Notes: generated from the letters alone by a model not told the origin. Positions 10,101-21,467 are shown, counted from the first letter of the stretch. The stretch: DNA of 64,000 bases from Prevotellaceae bacterium UBA2738 (GCA_002353585.1 DEJW01000005.1:8155-72154); one strand, 5' to 3'. Translations and numbers: made by a program.

Positions 10101-10888
10101 AACTAATTATTGACATAGGCAACTCTACCATCGTTGTTGCAACGATAACTCCCACAGGAGAGGTTGACAAGACATGGCGTTTTAAGACCCTGAAGGATGA
10201 GACGGTTCGTTTCTTCCGTCATGAGTTATGGGCAGGATTCAAGAAACACAGCATGCTTGTAACAGATATTGATGATGTTGTGATAAGTTCTGTAGTGCCA
10301 GAGGTTAATGATGATGTAGCACAGGCTATATCGGACCTTACGGGCGTTATACCTCATTTCTTCTGCACTGCCGATGCTCTTAAATCATTAAAGGTAGATG
10401 TAGAATCTCCTTCTCAGTTGGGTAAAGACCGCATAGCCGATGCTATTGGCGCCATAGAGTTGTATGGTGCCCCAGCGCTTGTGTTTGATTTCGGCACAGC
10501 CACCACTGTTGGTATAATTGATGAACACAAAACCTTTATTGGGGGGATGATAATACCTGGTGTCAAGACTTCACTCAATGCCCTTAGCAACAGAGCTTCC
10601 CAACTTCCTGCAATTGATCTTGACAAACCTCGTCATATAGTTGGCAAAAACACTCTGGAATGTATGCAGAGCGGCATTCTTTATGGCACGGCAGCCATGA
10701 TTGACGGTATCATAGAGCGCCTTTTGCCACTTATAAATTCTAACAACGTAAAACTCATAGCAACAGGAGGCATGGCACGTTATATAATACCATATTGCCA
10801 GCACGATATTATAATTGAGGAATTCCTGCAATTCAAGGGCATCCTTGTTGCTACAAGACAACAGAAATATAATCTTCACATAGTATGA
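10097..10888 (+). CDS. coaX: type III pantothenate kinase
   Basis: 263 aa with ASKHA-fold motifs IDIGNS, GKDRIADA, DFGTATT and ATGG. 4-nt overlap with coaBC. Confidence 0.9.
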   Translation: MKLIIDIGNSTIVVATITPTGEVDKTWRFKTLKDETVRFFRHELWAGFKKHSMLVTDIDDVVISSVVPEVNDDVAQAISDLTGVIPHFFCTADALKSLKVDVESPSQLGKDRIADAIGAIELYGAPALVFDFGTATTVGIIDEHKTFIGGMIIPGVKTSLNALSNRASQLPAIDLDKPRHIVGKNTLECMQSGILYGTAAMIDGIIERLLPLINSNNVKLIATGGMARYIIPYCQHDIIIEEFLQFKGILVATRQQKYNLHIV

Positions 10889-11697
10889 CGATAACAGCTG
10901 ATAGTGGAAGTACCAAGACTACTTGGCTCTTCACAGACGATTTAAGGTCTGTAAGACTGACTACGCAAGGCATCAATCCATTTCATCAGTCAGAGGATGT
11001 GATGCGCCATATTATATGTGACGAACTGCTTAAACATCCCGAATTCCCTACTGATGCGTCTATTGAGGCAATATACTTTTATGGCGCAGGATGCACTAAG
11101 GAGAAATCACCTGTTCTAAAGGCTATAATCAAAGAGTCATTTCCTGTCGCGAAGGTTGAAGTTGATAGCGATATGTTAGGTGCAGCCAAGGCTTTGTTTG
11201 GTAATAGTGAAGGAATAGCATGTATTTTAGGCACGGGGTCCAACTCTTGTCTTTATGACGGCAACAATATTGTCAGTAATGTTTCTCCTATGGGCTATAT
11301 CCTTGGAGACGAAGGCAGCGGAGCCGTACTTGGCAAGACCTTCATAAACCTATTATATAAAGGTGGACATGCTGAAGACATCAAGGCTTTTGAATCAACA
11401 ACCCATCTTACTCAGGCAGACATAATACAAAGAGTTTATCGTGAGAAGATGCCTAACCGTTTCCTCGCATCTTTAGCTCCTTATATAGAGAGCGTGAAAG
11501 ACACCCCTTGGGTGAATGATATGATAATAGACTGTTTCCGTTTGTTCTTCCGTCGCAATATTGCGCATTATAATCGTCCAGACCTTTGTTGCTCATTTGT
11601 TGGCAGCATAGCATTCTATTTCGAATCTGAACTTCGCATAGCAGCAAAAAAAGAAGGTTCTCTCATTGGAAAAATAATGAAAGAACCTCTTATATAG
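10885..11697 (+). CDS. BadF/BadG/BcrA/BcrD-type ATPase (N-acetylglucosamine-kinase-like ASKHA protein)
   Basis: 270 aa containing ADSGSTKT, GAGC, ILGTGSNS and GDEGSG. 4-nt overlap with coaX. Confidence 0.75.
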   Translation: MTITADSGSTKTTWLFTDDLRSVRLTTQGINPFHQSEDVMRHIICDELLKHPEFPTDASIEAIYFYGAGCTKEKSPVLKAIIKESFPVAKVEVDSDMLGAAKALFGNSEGIACILGTGSNSCLYDGNNIVSNVSPMGYILGDEGSGAVLGKTFINLLYKGGHAEDIKAFESTTHLTQADIIQRVYREKMPNRFLASLAPYIESVKDTPWVNDMIIDCFRLFFRRNIAHYNRPDLCCSFVGSIAFYFESELRIAAKKEGSLIGKIMKEPLI

Positions 11698-11707
11698 TCT
11701 CTTGACT

Positions 11708-12235
11708 TTAGTTTGCTAAGTTTGTAATCTTCTCTGCGCTTGTCACAGCCAAATTGCTGATTTTCAGTCTTGCGTAGTAGAACTCCTCGTTTGTTTCATC
11801 TGGAGAACCTACGCTGACTACAAACATCAGATAATTTCCTTCTGCCTTTTCGAAACTGATACCCAGTAACACACCATTCTCCTTGAATTCCTTAGGCAGA
11901 GCTGGAGCAAAGTTGGTCTTGGAAAATTTCTTCTCAAAGAACTTTGAACCATCTGCCCTTGTAATAACCACGTCAACAGAATTGTCATAGTATTCCTTAT
12001 CGTGATTCTTCACTATGGGCAGTTCTTTGTCAGCCTTTCTGGTTATAGCATAGCTGTACTCAGAGTTCGAAATCCAAGATACTGACCCCGTCTGCTTGTC
12101 TTCGGGCATACTTTCTGGTCCTTCCTGTGGTTTTTCTATTACCTTTTCAACTATAATGTCCTCCTCCTGCTCCTTCTTTTTACAAGAAGCGATGCAGACG
12201 AGTGCAAGTAATGCTATTATAATTGTTCTGAGCAT
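11708..12235 (-). CDS. hypothetical lipoprotein
   Basis: 175 aa with a lipobox-like signal (LALVCIASCKKK). No recognisable catalytic motif. Confidence 0.6.
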   Translation of the reverse strand: MLRTIIIALLALVCIASCKKKEQEEDIIVEKVIEKPQEGPESMPEDKQTGSVSWISNSEYSYAITRKADKELPIVKNHDKEYYDNSVDVVITRADGSKFFEKKFSKTNFAPALPKEFKENGVLLGISFEKAEGNYLMFVVSVGSPDETNEEFYYARLKISNLAVTSAEKITNLAN

Positions 12236-12269
12236 GCTGTATTGGTTATCAGTGATTGCTATCTGTTAA

Positions 12270-12962
12270 TTATTCACCTATTCTCTCGATATATTTGTCT
12301 ATATCCTGAGCGGCAACACTATTGATATATTTAACCTTGATGTCCTTATATATCTTGAGGGCTTCATCTTTCTTTCCCTGACTCTCCAGCAAGCGTGCTG
12401 CCTGAATGAGATATGTAGGAGAAAGAGAATTGTTCACACCATCCTCCACTTCGTCGTCAGCCATTTCTGCAGCCTTCTTCAGTGTGCTGATAGCCTTATC
12501 TATATTGCCAGTGTTTGCATAAGCATTTCCTAATGCTGCTGTTACAGCAGGACTAATCATAGCATCACCTTTAGTGGAAAACTCTTCCAAATACTTTACG
12601 GCATCCTGCCACTTACCCAACTGTGCGTATGCCAGTCCTGCATAAGCATTAGCAAGGTTTGCTGCATCAGTGCCACCATAGTTTTCTGTTACTGCAATCA
12701 GTCCCTCAGTCTGTTTGTCACCTGTGAGTGCTTTCTGATACTCACCCTGAGCAAACAGATCCTGCGCCTTAGCCAGCGCGGTAGAAGCTTTCTCCTCGCG
12801 AGGACCAGCGATGAATGTGTTGTAAACGATACAACCTGCAATCACAACGATTACAGCAACAACAGCAGCGATTATCTGCTTGCGATACTTCAGGAAGAAT
12901 GCCTCCTGATTGTTCAATTCTGGCTGCTCTGGTGCAGCGCCCATTTTATTTGATTTAGCCAT
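12270..12962 (-). CDS. membrane-anchored tetratricopeptide-repeat protein (YfgM-like architecture)
   Basis: 230 aa with one TM helix (IIAAVVAVIVVIAGCIVY) followed by TPR-like A/Y/G-rich repeats. A TATCTTTG box lies on the minus strand at 12994..13001. Confidence 0.7.
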   Translation of the reverse strand: MAKSNKMGAAPEQPELNNQEAFFLKYRKQIIAAVVAVIVVIAGCIVYNTFIAGPREEKASTALAKAQDLFAQGEYQKALTGDKQTEGLIAVTENYGGTDAANLANAYAGLAYAQLGKWQDAVKYLEEFSTKGDAMISPAVTAALGNAYANTGNIDKAISTLKKAAEMADDEVEDGVNNSLSPTYLIQAARLLESQGKKDEALKIYKDIKVKYINSVAAQDIDKYIERIGE

Positions 12963-13039
12963 TATAAATTATGTTGATTTTCAATTTTAGGTGCAAAGAT
13001 ACAAAAAAAACTTTATCCTAGCAAATTATATAGCCAAAA

Positions 13040-13801
13040 TTATTCTGTAGTGTTGTTGTACGTCTGTTCAAACCCACGAAGCAGGTTCACGTCTTTCTTT
13101 ATCACAAAAACCTGACCGTCAGCTCCCTTAGCCTTCACCTGAACGTAATACACACCGTCTTTCACGTCTTTTCCGTTATACTTGCCGTCCCATCCGTCAT
13201 TAACATCACTCCATTCGTATAGTTTCTGTCCCCAGCGGTTGTATATGGCAGCATGAAATTCCACTATACTCTGTACTTCCTTAGCCTTGTATTTTTCGTT
13301 GTAATCATCACCGTTAGGAGAAAAAGCATTGGGGAACACCAGTTTGCTGTCATAGGTTTTGACAGAGAATATATGCTGGTTGGTTCTGTTATACTCAGGA
13401 GTAATATCTATTCTTTTTATATAGTCATCATATCCAACTTCCACGTATCCTACGTAGGCTATGCTGTCTGTGCCTGACGTGCGGAAAGTGAAATCAACTG
13501 GGTTGGTAGGATTCACCGCATCGGGAATCTCCATCTGTCCACCCTGTTTCCATCTTCTCCATCCTCCATAGAATGTGGCATCGTCATAGTCTCTTGTCTC
13601 GCCCGTAGCATCTTGATACACCATTTTGACAGTCATCTTTGCCGTTATAGGTGCCGACCCCTCATAGTGCTGGTCTTTGGATGCTACTGGTTCGCCTGTT
13701 CCATCTGTTACTTCCCAGGTGAAAGAAAGGTATGGCTCAGAATCAGCCAATAAGGTAACTGGTGTGCTGATGAGCAAAAATATAAATATGAGTTTGCGCA
13801 T
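13040..13801 (-). CDS. secreted protein with T9SS type-B (gliding-motility CHU_C) C-terminal sorting domain
   Basis: 253 aa with a signal peptide. The C-terminus reads FPNAFSPNGDDYNEKY...IYNRWGQKLYEW...GWDGKYNGKDVKDGVYYVQVKA, typical of type-B sorting domains. Confidence 0.75.
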   Translation of the reverse strand: MRKLIFIFLLISTPVTLLADSEPYLSFTWEVTDGTGEPVASKDQHYEGSAPITAKMTVKMVYQDATGETRDYDDATFYGGWRRWKQGGQMEIPDAVNPTNPVDFTFRTSGTDSIAYVGYVEVGYDDYIKRIDITPEYNRTNQHIFSVKTYDSKLVFPNAFSPNGDDYNEKYKAKEVQSIVEFHAAIYNRWGQKLYEWSDVNDGWDGKYNGKDVKDGVYYVQVKAKGADGQVFVIKKDVNLLRGFEQTYNNTTE

Positions 13802-13906
13802 AAGAAACTAATTATTTTGTGGCAAAATTAGTAATAAATTTTGATTAACCTTCGCTTTTTTGAGAAAAAAGTTGTATTTTTGCACTTTGAAAACAAGATT
13901 TAATCT

Positions 13907-15010
13907 ATGGTAAAGAATTTTTTAATCTTTCTTACAACATTTTTGGTTGTAGCATCAGCAGCAATGGCACAAGGGGTGCAACCCTCAGCCGCTACAGCCA
14001 AGAACTCCATAAACGTGGGTGTGATGCTGCCACTGCACGATATTGATGGTGACGGCCGCAGAATGACGGAATACTATCAGGGAATGCTGCTCGCAGTAAA
14101 AGAACTGAAGAAAGAGGGTATGAATATTAACGTACGCGCATGGAATCTGCCTATTGACGCAGACCCTCGTGCCACACTGCTGCAGGATGGTACCACCACA
14201 TGCGACATTATCTTCACTCCACTCTACACTAAGCAGGTGAAGGTGTTGGGCGATTTCTGTCGTGCATATAAGATAAAGATGGTTATTCCATTCTCTATAA
14301 ATGGTAATGAAGTGGATAAGAACCCTCAGATTTATCAGGTATATCAGTCGCCAGACGAGATGTACACTACTTCTATACAGAGAGTGGCTGAAGATTTCAC
14401 TCAGTATCATCCTGTTTTCATAGATTGTAATGACACCACATCAAGGAAGGGTCCTTTTACCTTCGGACTGAGGAAAGTGTTGGAGGATAAGGGTGTACAG
14501 TATAACATTACAAACCTCCGTTCTTCAGAGGAAATGTTTGCCCGCTCTTTCTCTCTTACCCAACCTAATCTCGTGATACTCAACACTGGACGTTCACCTG
14601 AAATGCGCATAGCACTTGAGAAACTTGATGCTCTTGTGAATGCCAATCGTAATGTTAGTATCACCCTTTTTGGCTATACCGAATGGCTTTTGTATGCAAA
14701 ATTTAATAAAGAAAAATTTGCCAAGTATAACACCTACATCCCAACTAATTTCTATTACAACGAGATGTCAGGCAATACACAGCGTTTCGCTCAGAACTAT
14801 CGTAATGCCTTCCATCATGACATGATGAATGCCCTACCCCATTTTGCTGCTACAGGCTATGACCATGCTATGTATTTTATCGGAGGCAAGACACAGTGGA
14901 TGCAGACTCCGTTGAAATTTATCAAGACCCATAATGGTGGTTATCGTAACAAGGCATTTATGCTTATTCACTACAAACAAGATGGAGGTATAGATGCGTT
15001 ACAATATTAA
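13907..15010 (+). CDS. periplasmic-binding-protein type 1 (LivK-like) family protein
   Basis: 367 aa with a signal peptide. INVGVMLPL...YYQGMLLAV has the PBP1 pattern. A TATTTTTG box sits at 13875..13882. Confidence 0.6.
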   Translation: MVKNFLIFLTTFLVVASAAMAQGVQPSAATAKNSINVGVMLPLHDIDGDGRRMTEYYQGMLLAVKELKKEGMNINVRAWNLPIDADPRATLLQDGTTTCDIIFTPLYTKQVKVLGDFCRAYKIKMVIPFSINGNEVDKNPQIYQVYQSPDEMYTTSIQRVAEDFTQYHPVFIDCNDTTSRKGPFTFGLRKVLEDKGVQYNITNLRSSEEMFARSFSLTQPNLVILNTGRSPEMRIALEKLDALVNANRNVSITLFGYTEWLLYAKFNKEKFAKYNTYIPTNFYYNEMSGNTQRFAQNYRNAFHHDMMNALPHFAATGYDHAMYFIGGKTQWMQTPLKFIKTHNGGYRNKAFMLIHYKQDGGIDALQY

Positions 15011-15761
15011 ATATCTCCTTTCCGCACTTTTTGTTTTCCTTGCCTTCTCAGTACAGAGCGCAAGAGGTCAGGTGGGTGACTATCGTCACGTGTGGGCTAT
15101 AGGCGTTAGCGGCGGTGTGGCTCTTAACAGTATAGGCTTCACCCCAGAGGTGTCGCAGAATATGCATAATGGCTACTCATTTGGTATCACTGCACGATAT
15201 ACCAGCGAGAAGTACTTCTCTACTATCTGCTCCATACAGACCGAAGTGAATATTTCACAATTGGGTTGGAAAGAAGATATCAAAACACTCAGTGGTGGCG
15301 ATGTTATAAACCCTGAGACTGGAGTTGCTGAACAATATAAGCGTGACATTACCTACTTACAGATTCCTATTATGGCTCACCTTGCCTGGGGCAAGGAGAA
15401 AAATGGCATCAATGCCTTCATCAATGCCGGTCCGCAGTTGGGCTTTTTCCTTAGTGAAAAAACAACTAAGAATTACAACAAACCATACACCAAGGATAAT
15501 TTCCCTGATTATGTAGGCGGAGAAGAGCGTGTGAGCGTCGAGGTGGCACAGGAGGATATGCCCATAGAGCGTAAGTTTGACTACGGCATCGCTGTGGGCG
15601 GTGGCATAGAATGGGATATCCGTCGCATCGGAAGATTCTCTCTTGAAGGACGCTATTACATAGGATTGGGTAATATCTATGATGATTCTAAGAAAGACGA
15701 GTTTGGCAAATCCAATCATGGTACCATATTCGTCAAACTGGCATACCTGAAAGACCTCTGA
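14994..15761 (+). CDS. outer-membrane beta-barrel protein (PorT/OMP_b-brl-like)
   Basis: 255 aa with a signal peptide, alternating beta-strand pattern and a terminal aromatic residue region ([10 protein letters not shown]). Confidence 0.6.
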   Translation: MRYNIKYLLSALFVFLAFSVQSARGQVGDYRHVWAIGVSGGVALNSIGFTPEVSQNMHNGYSFGITARYTSEKYFSTICSIQTEVNISQLGWKEDIKTLSGGDVINPETGVAEQYKRDITYLQIPIMAHLAWGKEKNGINAFINAGPQLGFFLSEKTTKNYNKPYTKDNFPDYVGGEERVSVEVAQEDMPIERKFDYGIAVGGGIEWDIRRIGRFSLEGRYYIGLGNIYDDSKKDEFGKSNHGTIFVKLAYLKDL

Positions 15762-15777
15762 ATACCTTAACTTAATT

Positions 15778-18354
15778 TTGGACGAACTTGAATTCATAAA
15801 TGTATGGGGGGCAAGAACGCACAACCTCAAGAATGTTGATGTGCAAATCCCTCGCAACAGCCTGACTGTCATCACTGGACTATCAGGCTCTGGCAAGTCG
15901 TCGCTGGCTTTCGACACCATACTGGCTGAGGGTCAACGTAGGTATATTGAGACCTTCTCTGCCTACGCCAGGAATTTTCTTGGGGGTATGGAGCGTCCTG
16001 ATGTTGACAAGATAACAGGACTTTCGCCAGTCATCTCCATCGAACAGAAGACCACCAACAAGAATCCCCGTTCTACTGTGGGCACCACCACCGAGGTGTA
16101 CGACTACCTTCGTCTTCTCTTTGCCCGTGCAGGAACAGCCTACAGCTGGGCTACAGGTGAGAAGATGGTGAAATATACTGAGGAACAGCTGGCTGACATG
16201 ATTGAGGAGAAGTATGCAGGTAAGGGCATATACATCCTCGCCCCCTTGGTCAGAAACAGAAAAGGTCACTATAGGGAACTCTTTGAACAGATGATAAAAA
16301 AAGGTTTCCTTCAGGTGCGTATTGATGAAGAACTGCAAGACCTTGTCTCAGGCATGAAGCTCGACAGGTACAAGAACCACAACATCGAGGTTGTGATAGA
16401 CAAGTTCAAGGTGCAGAATAACGAAGACGACAAGGGTAAGGCTAACCGTTTGAGAAAGAGCATAGAAGTTGCTATGCGCCAAGGTGACGGACTCATTATG
16501 ATAATGGAAAAGGACTCTAAGGAAGCCAAGTATTTCTCTAAACGCCTTATGTGTCCTACAACGGGAATGGCTTACAAAGACCCAGCCCCAAACATCTTCT
16601 CTTTCAATTCTCCTGAGGGTGCCTGTCCTTACTGCAAAGGACTTGGTGTAGTGGATATGAATGATCCATTGGCAACTATAGATTATCAAGAGGATATCTC
16701 TCCTGCTAAGGCTAAGGATGATGAGGACAGTGACACCACATACACTCTATGTCCAGCTTGTAACGGTGCCCGTCTGAGTCAGGAGTCGCTATCCTACAAG
16801 ATTTGGGATAAGAATATCTCCGAACTCTCTAATATGGATATCGACGAACTGAACGACTGGCTCTACGAGGCTCCTAAGCACATGGAGAATAAGGAGAAAA
16901 AGATATCAGAAGAAATCCTCAAGGAGATACATACACGCTTGCAGTTTATGCTTGATGTGGGACTGCATTACATTTCTCTTAGTCGCCCTTCTGTTTCACT
17001 CTCTGGTGGCGAAAACCAGCGCATTCGTCTTGCCACACAGATAGGTTCTCAACTGGTCAACGTGCTATATATCCTTGACGAGCCTTCTATAGGTTTGCAT
17101 CAGCGTGATAATGAACGTCTTATCAACTCCCTTAAACAGTTACGCGACCTTGGCAACACCATCATCGTTGTTGAGCATGATGAGGATATGATGCGTAATG
17201 CCGACTACGTGGTTGACATAGGTCCTGGAGCAGGCAGAAAGGGTGGTTATGTGGTGTTTCAGGGTACTCCCGCCACATTGTTAAAATCTGACACCCTCAC
17301 TGCATCCTATCTTAATAAGAAAAAGAGCATAGAACTGCCCCCAGAGCGTCGCAAAGGTAATGGCAAAAGTATAAGCATTCATGGGGCAAGCGGCAATAAT
17401 CTGAAGCATGTCGATGTTACCTTCCCTTTAGGCAAACTTATTGTGGTGACAGGTGTCAGTGGTTCTGGCAAATCTACTCTCATAAATGAAACTCTCCACC
17501 CTATCCTCGCCCAGCAGCTGTATAAGTCGCTCAAGCAGCCTATGCCATACGATAGTGTTGAGGGTATAGAGAATATTGATAAAGTGGTGTGTGTGGATCA
17601 GAGTCCCATAGGCAGAACTCCACGCTCTAATCCTGCCACCTACACAGGTGTATTCTCTGATATCAGGTCGCTCTTTGTCAACCTGCCAGAGGCAAAGATA
17701 AGAGGTTATAAACCTGGACGTTTCTCTTTTAATGTGAAGGGAGGCAGATGTGAAACCTGCGGAGGCAACGGCTATCGCACTCTTGAGATGAATTTCCTGC
17801 CCGATGTGTATGTGCCTTGTGAGGTGTGTCAGGGCAGGCGCTATAATCGTGAAACTCTCGAAGTGAGGTATAAGGGAAAGAGCATTTCAGATGTGCTCGA
17901 TATGACCATCAATCAGGCTGTAGAATTCTTTGAAGCGATACCTAAGATTCGTCAGAAACTCAAGACGTTACAAGATGTAGGTTTAGGCTATATTAAGGTG
18001 GGTCAGTCATGTAATACACTCTCTGGTGGTGAGAGTCAGCGAGTGAAGCTCGCCACCGAACTGTCTAAACGTGATACAGGCAAGACATTCTACATTCTCG
18101 ACGAACCCACCACAGGTTTGCATTTTGAAGACATTAGGGTGCTAATGCTTATTCTTCAACGACTCGTAGATAAGGGCAATACCGTATTGATTATTGAACA
18201 CAACCTTGATGTAATAAAACTTGCCGACCATATAATTGATATGGGACCAGAAGGCGGTCGTGGTGGCGGACAGGTTGTTGTGACAGGCACTCCAGAGGAG
18301 GTGGCACGATGCAAAGCCAGTAAGACATCAAGATTTCTCAAACCACTTCTTTGA
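15778..18354 (+). CDS. uvrA: excinuclease ABC subunit A, short form (858 aa)
   Basis: Two ABC ATPase modules are present ([12 protein letters not shown]; [12 protein letters not shown]; [10 protein letters not shown]; [10 protein letters not shown]; [12 protein letters not shown]; [10 protein letters not shown]) and the protein ends in TSRFLKPLL like E. coli UvrA. TTG start. Confidence 0.9.
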   Translation: MDELEFINVWGARTHNLKNVDVQIPRNSLTVITGLSGSGKSSLAFDTILAEGQRRYIETFSAYARNFLGGMERPDVDKITGLSPVISIEQKTTNKNPRSTVGTTTEVYDYLRLLFARAGTAYSWATGEKMVKYTEEQLADMIEEKYAGKGIYILAPLVRNRKGHYRELFEQMIKKGFLQVRIDEELQDLVSGMKLDRYKNHNIEVVIDKFKVQNNEDDKGKANRLRKSIEVAMRQGDGLIMIMEKDSKEAKYFSKRLMCPTTGMAYKDPAPNIFSFNSPEGACPYCKGLGVVDMNDPLATIDYQEDISPAKAKDDEDSDTTYTLCPACNGARLSQESLSYKIWDKNISELSNMDIDELNDWLYEAPKHMENKEKKISEEILKEIHTRLQFMLDVGLHYISLSRPSVSLSGGENQRIRLATQIGSQLVNVLYILDEPSIGLHQRDNERLINSLKQLRDLGNTIIVVEHDEDMMRNADYVVDIGPGAGRKGGYVVFQGTPATLLKSDTLTASYLNKKKSIELPPERRKGNGKSISIHGASGNNLKHVDVTFPLGKLIVVTGVSGSGKSTLINETLHPILAQQLYKSLKQPMPYDSVEGIENIDKVVCVDQSPIGRTPRSNPATYTGVFSDIRSLFVNLPEAKIRGYKPGRFSFNVKGGRCETCGGNGYRTLEMNFLPDVYVPCEVCQGRRYNRETLEVRYKGKSISDVLDMTINQAVEFFEAIPKIRQKLKTLQDVGLGYIKVGQSCNTLSGGESQRVKLATELSKRDTGKTFYILDEPTTGLHFEDIRVLMLILQRLVDKGNTVLIIEHNLDVIKLADHIIDMGPEGGRGGGQVVVTGTPEEVARCKASKTSRFLKPLL

Positions 18355-18443
18355 ATCTTACAACCGCTCCACGTGCGTAAATAAAATAGGTGCAAAATTT
18401 GTCTGTTTGACAATTTATTATTACCTTTGTCCGTGAATTTCTA

Positions 18444-19700
18444 TTGAATCAGCATTCCATGGAGGGTGATCATATAACTATCAATCGCTGGCTAATCCCT
18501 TTCTCTTGGCTCTATGGCTTAGGTGTTGGGATAAGAAATCTTCTTTTCGATACAGAGGTGTTGAAAAGCAGAAAATTCTCTGTACCAGTAATTTCGGTTG
18601 GCAACATCACCGTAGGCGGTTCAGGCAAGACACCACACGTGGAATACCTCGTGAAGTTGTTACATAACAGAGTGAAAACGGCAGTTCTCTCCAGAGGTTA
18701 CAAACGTAAGTCTAAAGGTTTTTTTTTAGCCGACGACAATACCAAGATGGAACAGATAGGTGACGAGCCTTATCAGATTCATAAGAAATTTCCCAATGTC
18801 TATGTGGCTGTTGACCCCAACCGTTGTCATGGTATCGACACCTTGCTTGCCACCCCTCAGACGAGTGGTCTTGATGTAGTGTTGCTCGATGATGCCTTTC
18901 AGCATCGTTACGTGAAGCCTGGCATAAACATCCTGCTGACTGATTATCACCGCATAATTACAGATGACATCCTTTTACCTGCTGGCAGACTGCGTGAACC
19001 CGTAAATGGCAAGGACAGGGCCGACATCGTGATAGTCACTAAGTGTCCTACCGAGATGAAGCCTATGACCTATCGTGTGCTTCAGCGCAATATGAATCTC
19101 TTTCCTTACCAGCATCTCTTCTTCACTACACTCAACTATTGTCCTCTGCAGCCTGTATTCCCTGAGGCAAACTACATACCTGCTATCGACTTTAATGTCA
19201 AGCCGTCTGAGGATGACGCACTACCCCTACCCCATGCCTTGCTTATTACTGGCATAGCATCACCTCGTCAGATGCTTGAAGACATCAAACCCTATTGCAA
19301 ATCCATAACCCACATATCCTTTGCTGACCATCATAACTTCACGCCTTCTGATGCAGAGTCTATCAACTTTGCATACAAGATGATGCCAAAGCCTGGTATC
19401 ATTATCACAACAGAGAAGGATGCTGTGAGAATGACAGACCTCAAAGGACTTTCAACCAAAGTGAGAGAAAACCTCTATTACCTGCCTATAGATATTAAGT
19501 TCTTGCAGGATGATGGAGAGAAGTTTAACCAATTGATTCTAGACTATGTACGGAAAAATTCAAGAAACAACATCCTGGCTCAAGCAACAAATACAGTTGC
19601 AAGCCCCAACAGCCTCCCTACCTCAAATAGCAATAATACTGGGAACGGGTTTGGGAACACTGGCAGAGCAAATAGAGACCTCTTTGGAAATCCCGTATAA
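18444..19700 (+). CDS. lpxK: tetraacyldisaccharide 4'-kinase
   Basis: P-loop [13 protein letters not shown] and the LDDAFQH motif. The likely true start is the ATG at 18459 (MEGDHIT...), preceded by a TACCTTTG box at 18422..18429. The low-complexity C-terminal tail overlaps the next gene. Confidence 0.85.
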   Translation: MNQHSMEGDHITINRWLIPFSWLYGLGVGIRNLLFDTEVLKSRKFSVPVISVGNITVGGSGKTPHVEYLVKLLHNRVKTAVLSRGYKRKSKGFFLADDNTKMEQIGDEPYQIHKKFPNVYVAVDPNRCHGIDTLLATPQTSGLDVVLLDDAFQHRYVKPGINILLTDYHRIITDDILLPAGRLREPVNGKDRADIVIVTKCPTEMKPMTYRVLQRNMNLFPYQHLFFTTLNYCPLQPVFPEANYIPAIDFNVKPSEDDALPLPHALLITGIASPRQMLEDIKPYCKSITHISFADHHNFTPSDAESINFAYKMMPKPGIIITTEKDAVRMTDLKGLSTKVRENLYYLPIDIKFLQDDGEKFNQLILDYVRKNSRNNILAQATNTVASPNSLPTSNSNNTGNGFGNTGRANRDLFGNPV

Positions 19701-20379
19701 GGATATCCCTAATTTTCCTGTCTCTACCGTTGAGGGACACGATGGCAAACTCATCTTCGGACGTTTGGGAGGTAAGGAAATCCTTGCCATGAAGGGACGC
19801 TTTCATTATTACGAAGGCTACTCTATGAAGGAGGTCACCTTCCCTGTCCGTGTTATGTATGAGTTGGGCATCAATGTACTCTTCGTCAGCAACGCAGCAG
19901 GCGGAGCCAATGCTTCATTTAGGGTTGGCGACCTTATGATTATTACCGACCACATCAATGGTTTCCCTGACAATCCGCTCAGGGGTGCTAATATCCCTAC
20001 TGGTCCGCGCTTCCCCGATATGCATGATGCATATAACCCAGAGTATGTTGCCCTCGCTGATTCTATAGCCGAGGAACATAACATGCGTCTGGTTCATGGC
20101 ACTTATTATGGCACTCAAGGTCCGTCTTACGAGACTCCAGCCGAATACAAGGCTTTCCACCTGTTGGGAGCCGATGCTGTGGGTATGAGTACCGTTCCTG
20201 AGGTTATCGTTGCCCGCCATTGTGGCATTAAGGTCTTTGGCGTGTCTGTAATAACCAATATGGGCATATCTGATGAAGCTGAGATAGCCACCCACGAAGA
20301 AGTGCAGGAGGTGGGAAATAGCGTACAGCCTCGCATGACCCTCCTCATAACACAGATGTTGGAAAAAATAGAATTATAA
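19546..20379 (+). CDS. purine nucleoside phosphorylase (trimeric PNP/PunA-type)
   Basis: 277 aa containing [30 protein letters not shown] and VGMSTVPE. Confidence 0.9.
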   Translation: MYGKIQETTSWLKQQIQLQAPTASLPQIAIILGTGLGTLAEQIETSLEIPYKDIPNFPVSTVEGHDGKLIFGRLGGKEILAMKGRFHYYEGYSMKEVTFPVRVMYELGINVLFVSNAAGGANASFRVGDLMIITDHINGFPDNPLRGANIPTGPRFPDMHDAYNPEYVALADSIAEEHNMRLVHGTYYGTQGPSYETPAEYKAFHLLGADAVGMSTVPEVIVARHCGIKVFGVSVITNMGISDEAEIATHEEVQEVGNSVQPRMTLLITQMLEKIEL

Positions 20380-20416
20380 TGCATTCTTCACTCTTTATTC
20401 TTCATTATAAAATCAC

Positions 20417-21463
20417 ATGGAAATAGCCAAGTTAGGAGAATTCGGTCTGATAGACCACCTTACAAAAGACATACAACCCAAGAACCCATCAACCATCAAG
20501 GGCGTTGGTGACGATTGTGCCGTATTGCATTTTGCCGATACCGAGACCCTTGTAACATCTGATATGCTGATGGAGGGCATACACTTCGACCTTACCTATG
20601 TTGACATGAAGCACTTAGGCTATAAGTCGGCTATGGTCAATATCAGCGACATATTCGCTATGGGCGGTTCGCCAAAGCAGATTGTGGTCTCTCTTGCCAT
20701 ATCCAAGCGCTTTCAGGTTGAGGATATACAGGACTTTTACGACGGACTGAAGATGGCTTGCGACAAGTGGCAGGTTGACATCGTTGGAGGCGATACCACC
20801 TCGTCAAAGACTGGTCTCGCTATCTCTATCACCTGCATAGGTGAGGCTAAGAAGGAAGACATCATCTATCGTGATGGTGCCAAGGACACCGATTTGATTT
20901 GCGTCTCTGGCGACCTTGGAGCAGCTTATATGGGACTGCAGTTGCTCGAACGCGAGAAGAATGTTTATTACCAGCAGTTGCAGGAAGGCAAACTGAGCAA
21001 GGATGAGCCTTGGAATCCAGACTTTGCAGGCAAGGAGTACCTTATTCAGCGCCAGTTGCAGACTGAGGCTCGTGGCGATATTATCAAGAAGCTGCGTGAG
21101 TCAGGTATCCGTCCTACCTCTATGATGGATATCTCTGACGGCTTGTCTTCTGAGCTTCACCACATCTGCAAGCAGTCGGGCACAGGATGCCGAGTGTATG
21201 AAAACACCCTGCCTATAGACTATCAGACGGCTCTGATGGCTGAGGAACTCAATATGAATGTCACCACATGTGCACTTAACGGAGGTGAAGACTACGAATT
21301 GCTCTTCACCTGCCCTATCGGCGATAATGACAAACTCCAGAGTATGGAGGGTATAAAGGTGATAGGCTATATGACCAAACCCGACTTCGGACTCAAGCTC
21401 ATAGCTCGTGACGGAGGCGAGTTTGAACTCCTTGCTCAGGGATGGAACCATGCGAGAGATTAA
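20417..21463 (+). CDS. thiL: thiamine-monophosphate kinase
   Basis: 348 aa with the AIR-synthase-like fold. GDDCAVL...TSDMLMEGIHF and GGDT motifs are present. Confidence 0.85.
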   Translation: MEIAKLGEFGLIDHLTKDIQPKNPSTIKGVGDDCAVLHFADTETLVTSDMLMEGIHFDLTYVDMKHLGYKSAMVNISDIFAMGGSPKQIVVSLAISKRFQVEDIQDFYDGLKMACDKWQVDIVGGDTTSSKTGLAISITCIGEAKKEDIIYRDGAKDTDLICVSGDLGAAYMGLQLLEREKNVYYQQLQEGKLSKDEPWNPDFAGKEYLIQRQLQTEARGDIIKKLRESGIRPTSMMDISDGLSSELHHICKQSGTGCRVYENTLPIDYQTALMAEELNMNVTTCALNGGEDYELLFTCPIGDNDKLQSMEGIKVIGYMTKPDFGLKLIARDGGEFELLAQGWNHARD

Positions 21464-21467
21464 TAAT

